Assembly (NCBI GenBank): GCA_045863395.1
Contig: BTVJ01000001.1
Location: forward strand, 160,001-224,000
Reading direction: 5' to 3'
Length of the DNA stretch: 64,000 nucleotides
Source: Myxococcales bacterium
GTDB lineage: Bacteria; Myxococcota_A; UBA9042; JABWCM01; BTVJ01
Part shown: positions 19,569-29,110 of the stretch, piece after piece
How the letters are laid out: every line of letters begins with the position of its first letter
How positions within the stretch are numbered: position 1 is the first letter of the stretch
The notes under the pieces: generated by a model
Seen by the model: the letters and a program-made list of their open reading frames with translations, nothing else
Told to the model about the DNA's origin: nothing
The model's database searches: none
Made by a program: the position numbers and the translations under genes

Positions 19569-20905
19569 GCGCTCGGGAGCTCCTCGCCAGGGCGCTTGCC
19601 GGGCGCCGCGTGGCCTGGGTGGCACCCGACGTGGGGCGCACGCTCGGGCTGGCGCGCCTTCTGCCCGATCCGGTGGTCCTCTGCCACGACGCCATGGGCG
19701 CCGCGGTGGACATGCCCGTCCACGAGGTCCAGGCCGACCCAGCAGGAGATGATTTCCAAGGATCCCTGTCGATTCTGAACGATCCCTCCGCACAGAGGTT
19801 CATCAGACATCACAGGGTGACCGATCTCGTCCTCTTCAAGGTCAACGCGCGCATCATCTCCCTCGCACGCGACCTTGGCCTGCGCGTACTGGCAGGAGAT
19901 CCCGCAGTCGCGCAGCGCTTCGAGCACAAGCTGCACTTTGCTCGCATGCTTCAGGCGCTCTCCCTCCCGGCTCCGCCCACCCTGCTGTTCGACGGCCCCA
20001 TGCCCTCGTGGTCGGAGGCGGCGCGAGAGCTCGGCGAGGCCATCGTGGTCCAAGGAGCCCGGGGGCACTCGGGGCAGAGCACCCACCTGGCACGCAGCGA
20101 GGTGGACTACGAGCACGCGCGAGCCCGGCTGAGCGGACGAGGCGCCCGCCTGACGACGCTCGTGGAGGGCGTCACGCTGACGATCAACGGCTGCGCGGCC
20201 GAGGGCTCAGCCCCCGTCGGGCGCCCATACATCCAGCTCACGGGGATCCCTGGCGCGACCCCCCACGCGCTCGGGGCCTGCGGCAACGCCTTCGAGGGGG
20301 ATCGGCTCGGCGCGCCCGCCCTGCGCGCCGCGGCGGAGCGCATCGGTGTCGCTCTCAGCAGCGCCGGATATCGCGGCATCTTCGGCGTGGACGCGGTGCT
20401 GGACGCCCACGGAGCCATACACGTCATCGAGGTCAACCCGCGCATGATCTCCGGGTCGTCCCTCGAGGCGCTGCTCCAGAGCAGCGCCGGGGTCCCTCCG
20501 GCGGCGGCGCATGTGCTCGCGGTCCTTGGCGCGGAGCTGCCCCCGTCTCTGGCGGGTCCACCAGTGACCGGGGGCCAGATCGTCATCTACAGCCCCCACG
20601 ACGCACCGTGCCGGGTGGTCGCCGCCCCACCTGCGGGCCGCTATCGCCTCGATGGCGCCTCGCTCCACCGGGTGGATGGGCAGGTCGACCCCACCGGCTG
20701 CGCCCAGGACGAGGTAGTCCTCCTCGCCCGGTCCCCGGGGAGGGCCGTGCCTCCAACTGGCGAGATCGCCCGGGTCCAGACGACGCGGAGTCTCCTCGAT
20801 GAGCGGGCCACCGCGGACGCCCTCGTCGAGCGGTTGATCGCCGCGACTACCGCGGCCGTGCGCTTGGGTGGCCCGGGTCAGGCCGCGGGCAGGCGCTTGC
20901 GGTAA
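19565..20905 (+). CDS. ATP-grasp domain protein of unknown substrate
   Basis: FEHKLHF, GHSGQST loop, YRGIFGVD and IEVNPR; GTGA overlap with the PLP enzyme. Confidence 0.82.
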   Translation: MSARELLARALAGRRVAWVAPDVGRTLGLARLLPDPVVLCHDAMGAAVDMPVHEVQADPAGDDFQGSLSILNDPSAQRFIRHHRVTDLVLFKVNARIISLARDLGLRVLAGDPAVAQRFEHKLHFARMLQALSLPAPPTLLFDGPMPSWSEAARELGEAIVVQGARGHSGQSTHLARSEVDYEHARARLSGRGARLTTLVEGVTLTINGCAAEGSAPVGRPYIQLTGIPGATPHALGACGNAFEGDRLGAPALRAAAERIGVALSSAGYRGIFGVDAVLDAHGAIHVIEVNPRMISGSSLEALLQSSAGVPPAAAHVLAVLGAELPPSLAGPPVTGGQIVIYSPHDAPCRVVAAPPAGRYRLDGASLHRVDGQVDPTGCAQDEVVLLARSPGRAVPPTGEIARVQTTRSLLDERATADALVERLIAATTAAVRLGGPGQAAGRRLR

Positions 20906-21852
20906 CGTCCCGCGAGGATCTCGAAGTACTCGGGAGACCGCGCAAAGCGCTGAAGGTGGTGGGCCCGCCACACCGCGAAGGGGTGGGTAGCCTGCATGCC
21001 CATCCAGAACGACATGGCCTTGCCCACGAAGCTCTGCTCCTCCTCTTCCTCGAGGCGCGCCGCCTGCTCCATGAACGCCTCCACGGACAGGGCGGCGCCA
21101 TAGCGGCGGCTCCCTCCCGCGAGCTTGAGCAGGGTGCGGATGCTGGTGTCGAGGCTGCCTGTGACCAGCAGCTCGCCCCGGTCCGCGCTCAGCTCGCTCG
21201 ACCGCGACCACTCGAGGAGGGCCAGGCGCATAGGCGTCAGGATGGCTCGCCCCCCAGGGACGAGCCCCCCGAGCACCGACGCGCCGAGCGCCGCGACCAG
21301 GATGGCGGCGGTCCGGTACAGGGCATGGCTGCAGAGCCAGTGCGTCAGCTCATGCCCCATGACGCCGAGCAGCTCGTCCTCCTCCAGCAGGTCCAGGAGG
21401 CCTGACGACACGGCCATGACCGGTGCGTCCACGCCGAGCAGGTAGGCCTGGGGGATCGGTGACTGGTAGAGGAACAGGTCGGGGAGGCTCGCGACCCCGA
21501 GGCGTGCGCCGGCGCGCTCGTAGAGGCGCAGGAGCTCGGGGAGCTGCCCCTCGCCGATGCGCACGCAGGTGGACAGGTGGAGGATCCGCCCGCGCCGGTC
21601 TCCCACCTCGCCGAGGAGGCGCTTGAGCACGCTCTCCACCCCAGGGATGTGCCGCAGGGCAGACAGGGCCTTGCGGTCGAGCGGGTGGACGAACTCGTCC
21701 GCGTCGATGTCGGTCAGCGGCTCCTCAGGACCGCGGAACATGCGGCCGCCACAGCCACCGCACCGGACGCGCTCGGGCGCAGCGGACGCCCGGTCCACCT
21801 CCACGCGGTTGCGCTTGGCACAGGACGAGCACTCGATCTCGAAGCTCTTCAT
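20878..21852 (-). CDS. M48-family zinc metallopeptidase with an N-terminal Zn ribbon
   Basis: CSSC..CGGC, GHELTH (HExxH), ELSADR and THP. Confidence 0.88.
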   Translation of the reverse strand: MKSFEIECSSCAKRNRVEVDRASAAPERVRCGGCGGRMFRGPEEPLTDIDADEFVHPLDRKALSALRHIPGVESVLKRLLGEVGDRRGRILHLSTCVRIGEGQLPELLRLYERAGARLGVASLPDLFLYQSPIPQAYLLGVDAPVMAVSSGLLDLLEEDELLGVMGHELTHWLCSHALYRTAAILVAALGASVLGGLVPGGRAILTPMRLALLEWSRSSELSADRGELLVTGSLDTSIRTLLKLAGGSRRYGAALSVEAFMEQAARLEEEEEQSFVGKAMSFWMGMQATHPFAVWRAHHLQRFARSPEYFEILAGRYRKRLPAA

Positions 21853-22256
21853 GGAAGCGGAGAGTACCAGGATTGGAGGGGAGATGCGTAGAGGAGAGTC
21901 CAAGGTGTCGAGAGAGGCGGCGACCACCTCCCCATGAACCCCAATCCCGCACCCAGCAGCAAAGGATTGAGGAGAAGCCGCCGTGCACATCCACCTGCCA
22001 ATGAAAGTCAGGGAGTGTGACCACCGCGCTCTCTCGACACGGGACTGAGAAGAGCAACCACCGTGCCACACCGCCTCGCCTCCGCCTCAGGCGACCACAA
22101 GCCAATGAGATCAAAGACAAATACAAGCTCCACCGCCGGACGGTGGGGGCGCCCCCCGCGCCCGCCCACCCAAGCCTGAGCCTGACATCCGTGTCCAACC
22201 ATGATCTGAATGTCACTGGCCGCGCCGAGTCCTTGTCGGCCTCCAGCCAAGCCCCT

Positions 22257-24455
22257 ATGATGGGACGCAGGACTGGGAGACTACGCGCCTTGACCACCGG
22301 CCCCCCCGCGATTGACGGCCACCGGCCCGTCATCCAGGACCAGGAGCAGGAGCTGCGCCGCGCACTGGCGGAGTTCACGCTGCTCCTCGTCCGGACGATG
22401 ATGCAGGCGTCCTACTACGCCCCCGACCACCCGGCGCACCAGCGCGGCACCGCCCAGGCCTACGATCTCCTGCGGCCGCTGCTCGGGCAATCCAGTGAGA
22501 TCGTGTTCGTGACGGGCTCCCTCAACGACACCTCCGATGTCCAGGTGGACGGAGTCCTGGCAGAGCCCGTGGGTGTGACCAGCCTCCTCCAGTCAGCCAT
22601 GGGCGAACACTTCGTCGCCAAGTTCCTGGAGTATTTCGAGCGCAACGAGCTGGTCTCGTTCTCCATCAAGCACCACATCGAGAAGGAGGAGTTCAATCGC
22701 TTCATGGGCGCCGTCGTCGAGCGACGGCTGGACATCGGCGAGGACCAGCCCCGCGAGCGGCGGCTGCCCTTCGACGAGATCCTCCAGCAGGTGGGCGTGG
22801 TTCACATCGGCGTCATGTGCCGCGACGAGATCGTCGGTGGCAAGCGCCGAATCCCGTGGGCCGTGCGGGTGGCGCTGAGCCGGCTGCGCAAGGACCTGCA
22901 GATGGTGCCTCTGTACTGCCGGGCGTCACAGAGGGAGCTGCACGAGGTCAAGTCCATGCTCGTCCAGGACGTCATCCGCCCGCTCAGACGGGTCGATCTC
23001 ATGCGGGAGCTGCTGCTCAACGCAGACCTCATCTCGCTGGAGATCGCGGAGGGCGCGTCCATCGACGTGGATACAGAGATCGTCCGAAACATGCACATCG
23101 ACATGGCCGCCACGGTGGCGAGCCGCCTGGCGGAGGAGCTGATCGCGCTGCGTGGAGGGACACCGCCCCTTCATCATAGCTTCGGCTCGGTGGAGCTGCT
23201 CGAGCAGCGCCTCGTGTGCTCGGTGTACCAGATCGTCGGGCACTTCTTCCGCACGGGCGCTCGCTACGACATGGCGCTGGTGCGCTCGCTGTTCGACCAG
23301 AAGGTCCTGGACATGAAGGAGCTGCCCGCAGAGGCGCGGCGCGCAGTCCAGGTCGAGCGCTGGACGGACCAGTTCCTCCATGACCCGCGGGCTCACCTGG
23401 AGCGGCTCGCTGCCATCACCTCCGAGGGGCCTTATGCCGAGCTGCTGACGGTGATGAGGCTGATCTTCGGGCAGCTGGTGCCGCGACGCAAGTGGCGCGA
23501 CGCGTTGCTGATCGTGCAGGCCCTCGATCGGCAGCACCGGGAACGCCTCCCGCCCTTCCCGGAGCGGACTGCGCTCCTGAAGGCGGCGCTGGACCGCATG
23601 TGTGCCGAAGACCAACTCCGGCCCGTGGTCGCGGTGTTCACGTCCACGTCCCGCGAGGACCGGGGAACCGTGCTGCGCATCCTCTCCACGCTCGGTGTCG
23701 AGGCCGTCCCGTTCATGCTCGAGGCGCTGCTGCTGTCGGACGACGCCGCGACCCGCAGGGACCTGTGCACGGCCATCGAGCAGATGGGCAAGCCGGCAGG
23801 GCGCTATCTGCTCATGGAGGCCGAGTCCTTCAATCACAAGTGGCACTTCTACCGGAACGTGGTGATGCTCCTGGGCCGCCTCCGCTATGAGGAGGCCGCC
23901 CCGGCGGTCGCCCGCCAGCTCGCTCACTTCCACCCGCGGGTGCGAGAGGAGGCGGTGATCGCCCTCGCCCGCATCCAGCGACGCAACGCGGAGCCGCTGC
24001 TGATCCCGCTGCTCCGAGACCCGGATCCGGCCGTCGTCCGCAGGGTGGTCAGCTCCCTGCGCACCCTTCGCTCGCGGGACCCGGCGCTGCTGGAGTTCCT
24101 CCGGGAGACGGTGGTGGCGAGCGGGGTGGCGGGCTCTGACCAGGGGGTGGCGGCCGCGGCCATCCGCGCCCTCCGGGACATGGGCAACATCGCCTTCCCA
24201 GAGGGTGAGACCGCTGAGACGCTGCTCCTCGGTCTCCTGGAACCTGGCCGCCGGCGCCTGTTTCGACGCACGGCGCGGGCGCCTGGGGAGCTGCGCGCCG
24301 CCGCGGTGGAGACGCTCGGCGCCATCGGAACGACCCTATCGCTCGCCGCGTTGCAGCGGCTGGCGGCCACTGATCCCGACATGAAGTCCCAGGTGAACTC
24401 CGCCCTGGATGCCCTCGGCCGGCGCCTCGGCGCGCGGAGCGGCCAGCCCACATGA
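22257..24455 (+). CDS. HEAT-repeat protein with a large N-terminal helical region (start uncertain)
   Basis: C-terminal HEAT/PBS repeats (RNVVMLLGRL, HPRVREEAVIALARI, LRDPDPAVVRRVV); N-terminal YAPDHP motif. Confidence 0.7.
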   Translation: MMGRRTGRLRALTTGPPAIDGHRPVIQDQEQELRRALAEFTLLLVRTMMQASYYAPDHPAHQRGTAQAYDLLRPLLGQSSEIVFVTGSLNDTSDVQVDGVLAEPVGVTSLLQSAMGEHFVAKFLEYFERNELVSFSIKHHIEKEEFNRFMGAVVERRLDIGEDQPRERRLPFDEILQQVGVVHIGVMCRDEIVGGKRRIPWAVRVALSRLRKDLQMVPLYCRASQRELHEVKSMLVQDVIRPLRRVDLMRELLLNADLISLEIAEGASIDVDTEIVRNMHIDMAATVASRLAEELIALRGGTPPLHHSFGSVELLEQRLVCSVYQIVGHFFRTGARYDMALVRSLFDQKVLDMKELPAEARRAVQVERWTDQFLHDPRAHLERLAAITSEGPYAELLTVMRLIFGQLVPRRKWRDALLIVQALDRQHRERLPPFPERTALLKAALDRMCAEDQLRPVVAVFTSTSREDRGTVLRILSTLGVEAVPFMLEALLLSDDAATRRDLCTAIEQMGKPAGRYLLMEAESFNHKWHFYRNVVMLLGRLRYEEAAPAVARQLAHFHPRVREEAVIALARIQRRNAEPLLIPLLRDPDPAVVRRVVSSLRTLRSRDPALLEFLRETVVASGVAGSDQGVAAAAIRALRDMGNIAFPEGETAETLLLGLLEPGRRRLFRRTARAPGELRAAAVETLGAIGTTLSLAALQRLAATDPDMKSQVNSALDALGRRLGARSGQPT

Positions 24456-26788
24456 GCCCACCCGCCCTCGGGGACCGGGACGCCGCCGCCATCGCCGCCG
24501 GCCTCACCGCCGTCGCGGTCGCCTTGTCGGGCCCGCTCTCGGGCGACACGCTGTTCGTCGCGGACTTCTCCTACATCCACCACCCGCTGCTCAAGTGGAG
24601 CGCCAGTCAGCTCGCGACGGGAGCGCTTCCCGCCTGGAACCCGGACGTGGGCCTCGGGCTCCCGCAGCTCGCCAACCCCATCCTCGGGACGCTGTACCCG
24701 CCGTGCTGGCTGCTTGCGTTCCTTCCGGTCACGACGGGCCTCAACCTGCTGCTCGGGGCCCACGTCGCGCTTGCGCTTGTCACGGCGTGGCGCCTCCTCC
24801 GCGCCCTCGGCGCCCCCGCGTGGCCCGCGCTGCTCGGCAGCGCGGCCTTTGCCCTCGGGGGCCCGCTGCTGTCCTCCCTCATGTACGGCTACCCGGTGCT
24901 CGCCTGGGCGTGGCCGGCACTGGCGGCGGAGGGCGGCGTGCGGCTGGGACGGGAGGCCTGGCAACGGCCCATGGCGCTCATCGCGCTAGGGACCGGCATG
25001 TCGCTCCTCGCGGGCGACCCGATGGCCTGCGGCGTCGCAGCCACCCTCGCGCTCCTGCTGGCGGGACCGGCGAGCAGCGACGGGGGAAGGCGGCGGCGAG
25101 GTGCGCTCGCGCTCGGGGGAGTAGCGCTCGGCCTCGCGCTGGCCGCGGCTCAGATCGCCCCGACCCTCGCCTTGCTGCCCCACTCGGTCCGTGCAGCCTC
25201 GGACGCAGGCGCCGCCGGCACGTGGTCCTTCTCGCCCGAGAGGCTCCTGGGCTTCGTCCAGCCTGCGCACTGGGGACGGCAGTGGCCCGAGCTGTCCTAC
25301 TGGGGGTGGTATCTCTCGGAGACCCGGCTGAACGACGGCAACTTCTTCTACCCGAGCCACTTCATCGGGGTCGTGCCCCTGCTGCTGGCGCCGCTGGCGG
25401 TCGCCGCGCCCGCGACGCGCCGCCTCGCCGTCACGCTGCTGCTGGCGGCCGCCGTGGCGCTCGTGCTGTCGTTTGGCCGAAATCTGCCGCTCCACGGGTG
25501 GCTCCTTGAACACCTGCCCGGCTTCGGCGCCTTCCGCTACCCGGAGAAGTGGGTCCTCCCGGCGACCCTCGCCCTCGCGCTGACGGGTGGACTCGGCCTC
25601 GCGAAGCTCGGGCGAACCCACGACGGCGGCACGTGGGCCGCAGCAGCGCTCGCTCTCCTGGCCCTCTGCGGCAGCATCGCGGTGCTCGCGGCCGATGACG
25701 CTCTGCGCGCCACCATCGGGGCGCGGTCGCCCGTGCCCAACGTGGAAGCTGCGCGCGCGGCGCAGATCACGGGGGCGATCCTGACGGGTGTGGCCGCCGC
25801 CACCGTGCTCGCTGCCATGGTGATGAGGCGGGCGCGCCCCTACGCACCGACAGGTCTGGCCCTCGTGGCCCTTGCGGAGGTTGTCGCGGGAAACTGGGGC
25901 CTGGCCCCGTCGGCGCCTGCTGACCTGTTCGACGCGCCCGCACGCACGATGGTCCTGCTGAACGGCGCGGGCGGCTCGCCGGCCGACCGCGTGGAGCGCC
26001 ACGACGGGCTCAACCGGGTGGCCCTCCACAAGGACCTGCAGGGCCTCACCGAGCGCTACAGGAGCCAGCTCGCAACGTTGCGTGCCAACGCTGTGCTGGA
26101 GGCGGGGCGCAAGCGCGTCGGCGCCGAGACGCCGGCGCGCCTGGCCCACGCCGTGCAGCCCGAGGACTGGCTGTGGGCTGATCCTGGCCGGGCTGCCCCA
26201 ATCCTCGGGGCGGAGCTGCTGCTGGTGGCGGGTGAACGGCCGCCGGCGTCCGTGCGGGCTGACCCGTCCCTCGGTCCGCGCGGTGCGATCCCGGAGCTCG
26301 GCCTCGTCGCCCTCGCTCCAGCGCGCTCCGTCCTGCCGGACCTGTTCTGCGTGGCGTCCGTCTCGCCCACATCGACCGCGGACGTTCGGGCCCGCCTCCT
26401 CACACTGGACCCGTCGCGCTCGGCGGTCGTGGAGCCCTCTCACACCCTTGGACCCGCGGCTTCACTCGACGCCCTGGCCGCCGCCACCCCGTCAGACGCG
26501 TGGCCCTGCGCGCGCTGGACCGCGGAGCCCGGAGCCTTCCACATCGACGTCACGCTGGAGCGCCCGGCCCTGCTGGTGGTCCGCGACTCGTGGGCGCCGG
26601 GCTGGGAGGCAGATGCCGACGAGGCGCTCCCCATCGTTCGAACCTATGGCAGCCTCAAGGGGATCCCGCTCCCCGCTGGCACCCACCGCGTGGAGCTGCG
26701 CTATACAGCGCCCGGTCTGCTGCCCGGGGCGGTGCTCAGCGGCCTGGCGGCGCTGGGCCTCATCGCACTCTGGTGGAAGAAGCGGTAG
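24452..26788 (+). CDS. YfhO-family polytopic membrane protein (GT-C-like)
   Basis: LPAWNPDVGLGLP..ANP..LYP, many TMs, FRYPEKW, SWAPGW and GTHRVELRY. Confidence 0.85.
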   Translation: MSPPALGDRDAAAIAAGLTAVAVALSGPLSGDTLFVADFSYIHHPLLKWSASQLATGALPAWNPDVGLGLPQLANPILGTLYPPCWLLAFLPVTTGLNLLLGAHVALALVTAWRLLRALGAPAWPALLGSAAFALGGPLLSSLMYGYPVLAWAWPALAAEGGVRLGREAWQRPMALIALGTGMSLLAGDPMACGVAATLALLLAGPASSDGGRRRRGALALGGVALGLALAAAQIAPTLALLPHSVRAASDAGAAGTWSFSPERLLGFVQPAHWGRQWPELSYWGWYLSETRLNDGNFFYPSHFIGVVPLLLAPLAVAAPATRRLAVTLLLAAAVALVLSFGRNLPLHGWLLEHLPGFGAFRYPEKWVLPATLALALTGGLGLAKLGRTHDGGTWAAAALALLALCGSIAVLAADDALRATIGARSPVPNVEAARAAQITGAILTGVAAATVLAAMVMRRARPYAPTGLALVALAEVVAGNWGLAPSAPADLFDAPARTMVLLNGAGGSPADRVERHDGLNRVALHKDLQGLTERYRSQLATLRANAVLEAGRKRVGAETPARLAHAVQPEDWLWADPGRAAPILGAELLLVAGERPPASVRADPSLGPRGAIPELGLVALAPARSVLPDLFCVASVSPTSTADVRARLLTLDPSRSAVVEPSHTLGPAASLDALAAATPSDAWPCARWTAEPGAFHIDVTLERPALLVVRDSWAPGWEADADEALPIVRTYGSLKGIPLPAGTHRVELRYTAPGLLPGAVLSGLAALGLIALWWKKR

Positions 26789-26791
26789 GGT

Positions 26792-29050
26792 TCAGAAGCG
26801 GTCGTGGACCTCCGAGGCCTTCCGCCGGAGCTCCTCGTCGCCCTCGTTCTTGATGAACTCCCGCAGGGGCTTGACCACGTTGTCCTGTCCGAGCCGTCCG
26901 AGCGCCTCGATGGCGAGGAGCTTCAGCTCTCGCGAGTCGGAGAACAGAGCCCGCGCGATCCCCTCCGTGGCGTTGGGGTCCTTGGTCTCCGCGAGGCCGT
27001 CGATGGCGGCCTTCTGAATCTCGACATTCGGGTCGATGACCGCGCCGCTCAGGCCCGTGACCACCCGCTGATCCTTGATGGGGCGCATCCCGCGGATGGC
27101 GGCCAGCTTGACCTCCGTGTCCTGGTCATAGAGCGCGTTGAGGTAGACCTCCAGCACCTTCTCCTGATCCTCCGGCTGGGCGGCAGCGACGATGGCCCCG
27201 ATCACGGCGCGCCGCACCTCCGGGCGTCCGTACTGGACATATTGGAGCAGCGCGCCCAGCCCCGCGTGGAGCTTCTGCTGCCCGATGCCCTCGGCCGCCG
27301 CCTCCTTGACGCCGCTGTCCGAGTCGCCCATCAGCGCGATGAGCGTCTCTCCGGCCGCCGGGTTCTTGGCCCAGCCCATGGCGGTGGCGACCTGAGCGCG
27401 GATCTGGGGATCCGGATCCGCCTTCAAGGCGAGGAGCTCGCTCGCCACGCCCTCGTCCTTGACCCGCGCGAGGGCGAAGGCCGCAGCCTTGCGTGTGGCC
27501 GCGTCTTGGGAGCGGAGCTGCTCCTTGAGGGTGATGACCACCGCCGTGTTGCGGCCGTCGTCGGCGAAGCGCGCGAGGGCCCGGATGGCGAGGGGCGCGA
27601 CGCCCGTCCCGGAGCGGGCCTGGGCGATGACGGCGTCCTGGGTCATCCCCTCCAGGATGGCGACGGCCGCCTTCTCGGCGAGCGCGGCCTCCTCGCCGGA
27701 GCGCCCCGCCAGCGCCCCGAGCGGCTCGACGGCCCGCGCGTCACCGATGGCGCCAAGCGCAGTGATCGCTGCCTTGCGCAGCTCCGCCTCCGGGCTGCCG
27801 AGCGCCGCGACCAGCGCCTCCACCCCCGCCGCCACCTTGCGCTCGCCCAAGGCGCCCGCGGCTGCGACGGCGTCGGGCGCCTTGCCATTGCCGACCAGCC
27901 ACGCGAGGCCACGGGCCGCCGCGGCACCCTGCTGCCCGGCGAGCGCCTTGGCGAGCTTCTCCTTCGCGTCCGGCTGCACGTCCTCCCGCGCCAGCCCCTG
28001 CTCCATGGCCTCCGCGCTGCCGAGGGTCAGGATTCCGTTGAGGGCCTCCACCCGGATGTCCACCGTGGGGTGTGTCAGCACGGCGACGAGCGCCGGGGCG
28101 ACCCCAGGGTTCTTCGAGGCAACCAGCTTGCGCAGGGCCCCGATGACCACGCCATCGTCCTTGTCGGAGAGCTTGTCGATCTCAAGAAAGTCCGCGAACT
28201 TGCGGTTTCCCGCTGCCACCAGGATCTTGACCGCGGCGGTCTTCACCGCAGGGCCCGCCCCCGACTCCACGACCTTGGCGAGGGCATCTGCGACGCGAGG
28301 ATCGCTCTTCTGGTCGGCCAGGGCCCCAACTGCGGCCTCTTGGACCGCCGGGTCAGCGTCGGTGAGCAGGGGGAGCGCGATGGCGGCCACGTCGGGCACG
28401 CCGAGCGACTTGAGCCCACCGAGGACCCGGACCCTGGCTGCGCCCGGCGCCGACGGGTCGAGGCCCGCGAGCGCCGCGCCCTGGGCCCCCTTGTCACCAC
28501 GGGCCAGGCGCTCCCTGAACTCCGCGACGGTCACCAGCGTGGCCGCGTCCAGACGCACGGAGGCCCCCTCCCAGGCGCCGGGGGGCAGCGCCTGCCATGC
28601 AGAGAGGACGGGGGCGAAGATCGGGAGAGACACCGCATCGCGCCCCACGGGCGCCTCGCCCCGCGCTGGCACCTTCAGAGTGCGGAGCCCGTGAAGCGCC
28701 AGAGAGGCCCACACCTCGTCGATGGTCGTCTGCAGGACCCCGTCCTCGAGGCCCGCCACGTCCAGGGTGGCGCCCCCGCCGGTCGCGAAGTCTGCCGCGA
28801 GCTGCACGGTGGCCGCGCCATACTGCTGGGGCCGCGCCGCCTTGAGCTGGGCGAACACGGCCATGGCGCGGTCGGCAGGGGTTGCGCCCGCCCCCTCGAA
28901 CACGCGAGGGACCAGAGCCAGCGTCACGGCGCCACCAGACTGGACGGGCTCTGCCGTGTAGTAGACGAGGGGGTCCGCGGACGCCCCCGTCGCGCATAGG
29001 AGCACGAGCGCACACGCCCGAATCGTGGTCTTGATGATTCCGTAATTCAT
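26792..29050 (-). CDS. Exported HEAT-repeat protein with a possible N-terminal GerMN-like domain
   Basis: Signal peptide (ALVLLCATGASA); numerous D(A/S)DxxV(R/Q)xxA HEAT repeats. Confidence 0.75.
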   Translation of the reverse strand: MNYGIIKTTIRACALVLLCATGASADPLVYYTAEPVQSGGAVTLALVPRVFEGAGATPADRAMAVFAQLKAARPQQYGAATVQLAADFATGGGATLDVAGLEDGVLQTTIDEVWASLALHGLRTLKVPARGEAPVGRDAVSLPIFAPVLSAWQALPPGAWEGASVRLDAATLVTVAEFRERLARGDKGAQGAALAGLDPSAPGAARVRVLGGLKSLGVPDVAAIALPLLTDADPAVQEAAVGALADQKSDPRVADALAKVVESGAGPAVKTAAVKILVAAGNRKFADFLEIDKLSDKDDGVVIGALRKLVASKNPGVAPALVAVLTHPTVDIRVEALNGILTLGSAEAMEQGLAREDVQPDAKEKLAKALAGQQGAAAARGLAWLVGNGKAPDAVAAAGALGERKVAAGVEALVAALGSPEAELRKAAITALGAIGDARAVEPLGALAGRSGEEAALAEKAAVAILEGMTQDAVIAQARSGTGVAPLAIRALARFADDGRNTAVVITLKEQLRSQDAATRKAAAFALARVKDEGVASELLALKADPDPQIRAQVATAMGWAKNPAAGETLIALMGDSDSGVKEAAAEGIGQQKLHAGLGALLQYVQYGRPEVRRAVIGAIVAAAQPEDQEKVLEVYLNALYDQDTEVKLAAIRGMRPIKDQRVVTGLSGAVIDPNVEIQKAAIDGLAETKDPNATEGIARALFSDSRELKLLAIEALGRLGQDNVVKPLREFIKNEGDEELRRKASEVHDRF

Positions 29051-29110
29051 GGAAGTCCTTGTGATCTCACCGATGATGAGGCGGGAGTCTGTCGCTCGGG
29101 CGAGGCCGTG

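Noticed and set aside
20878..20905. 28-bp convergent overlap of the ATP-grasp and M48 genes
   Set aside because: Short tail-to-tail overlaps are common in GC-rich genomes
26804..28999. 731-aa plus-strand ORF
   Set aside because: Antisense shadow of the HEAT gene; stop codons are rare at this GC content and there are no recognisable motifs
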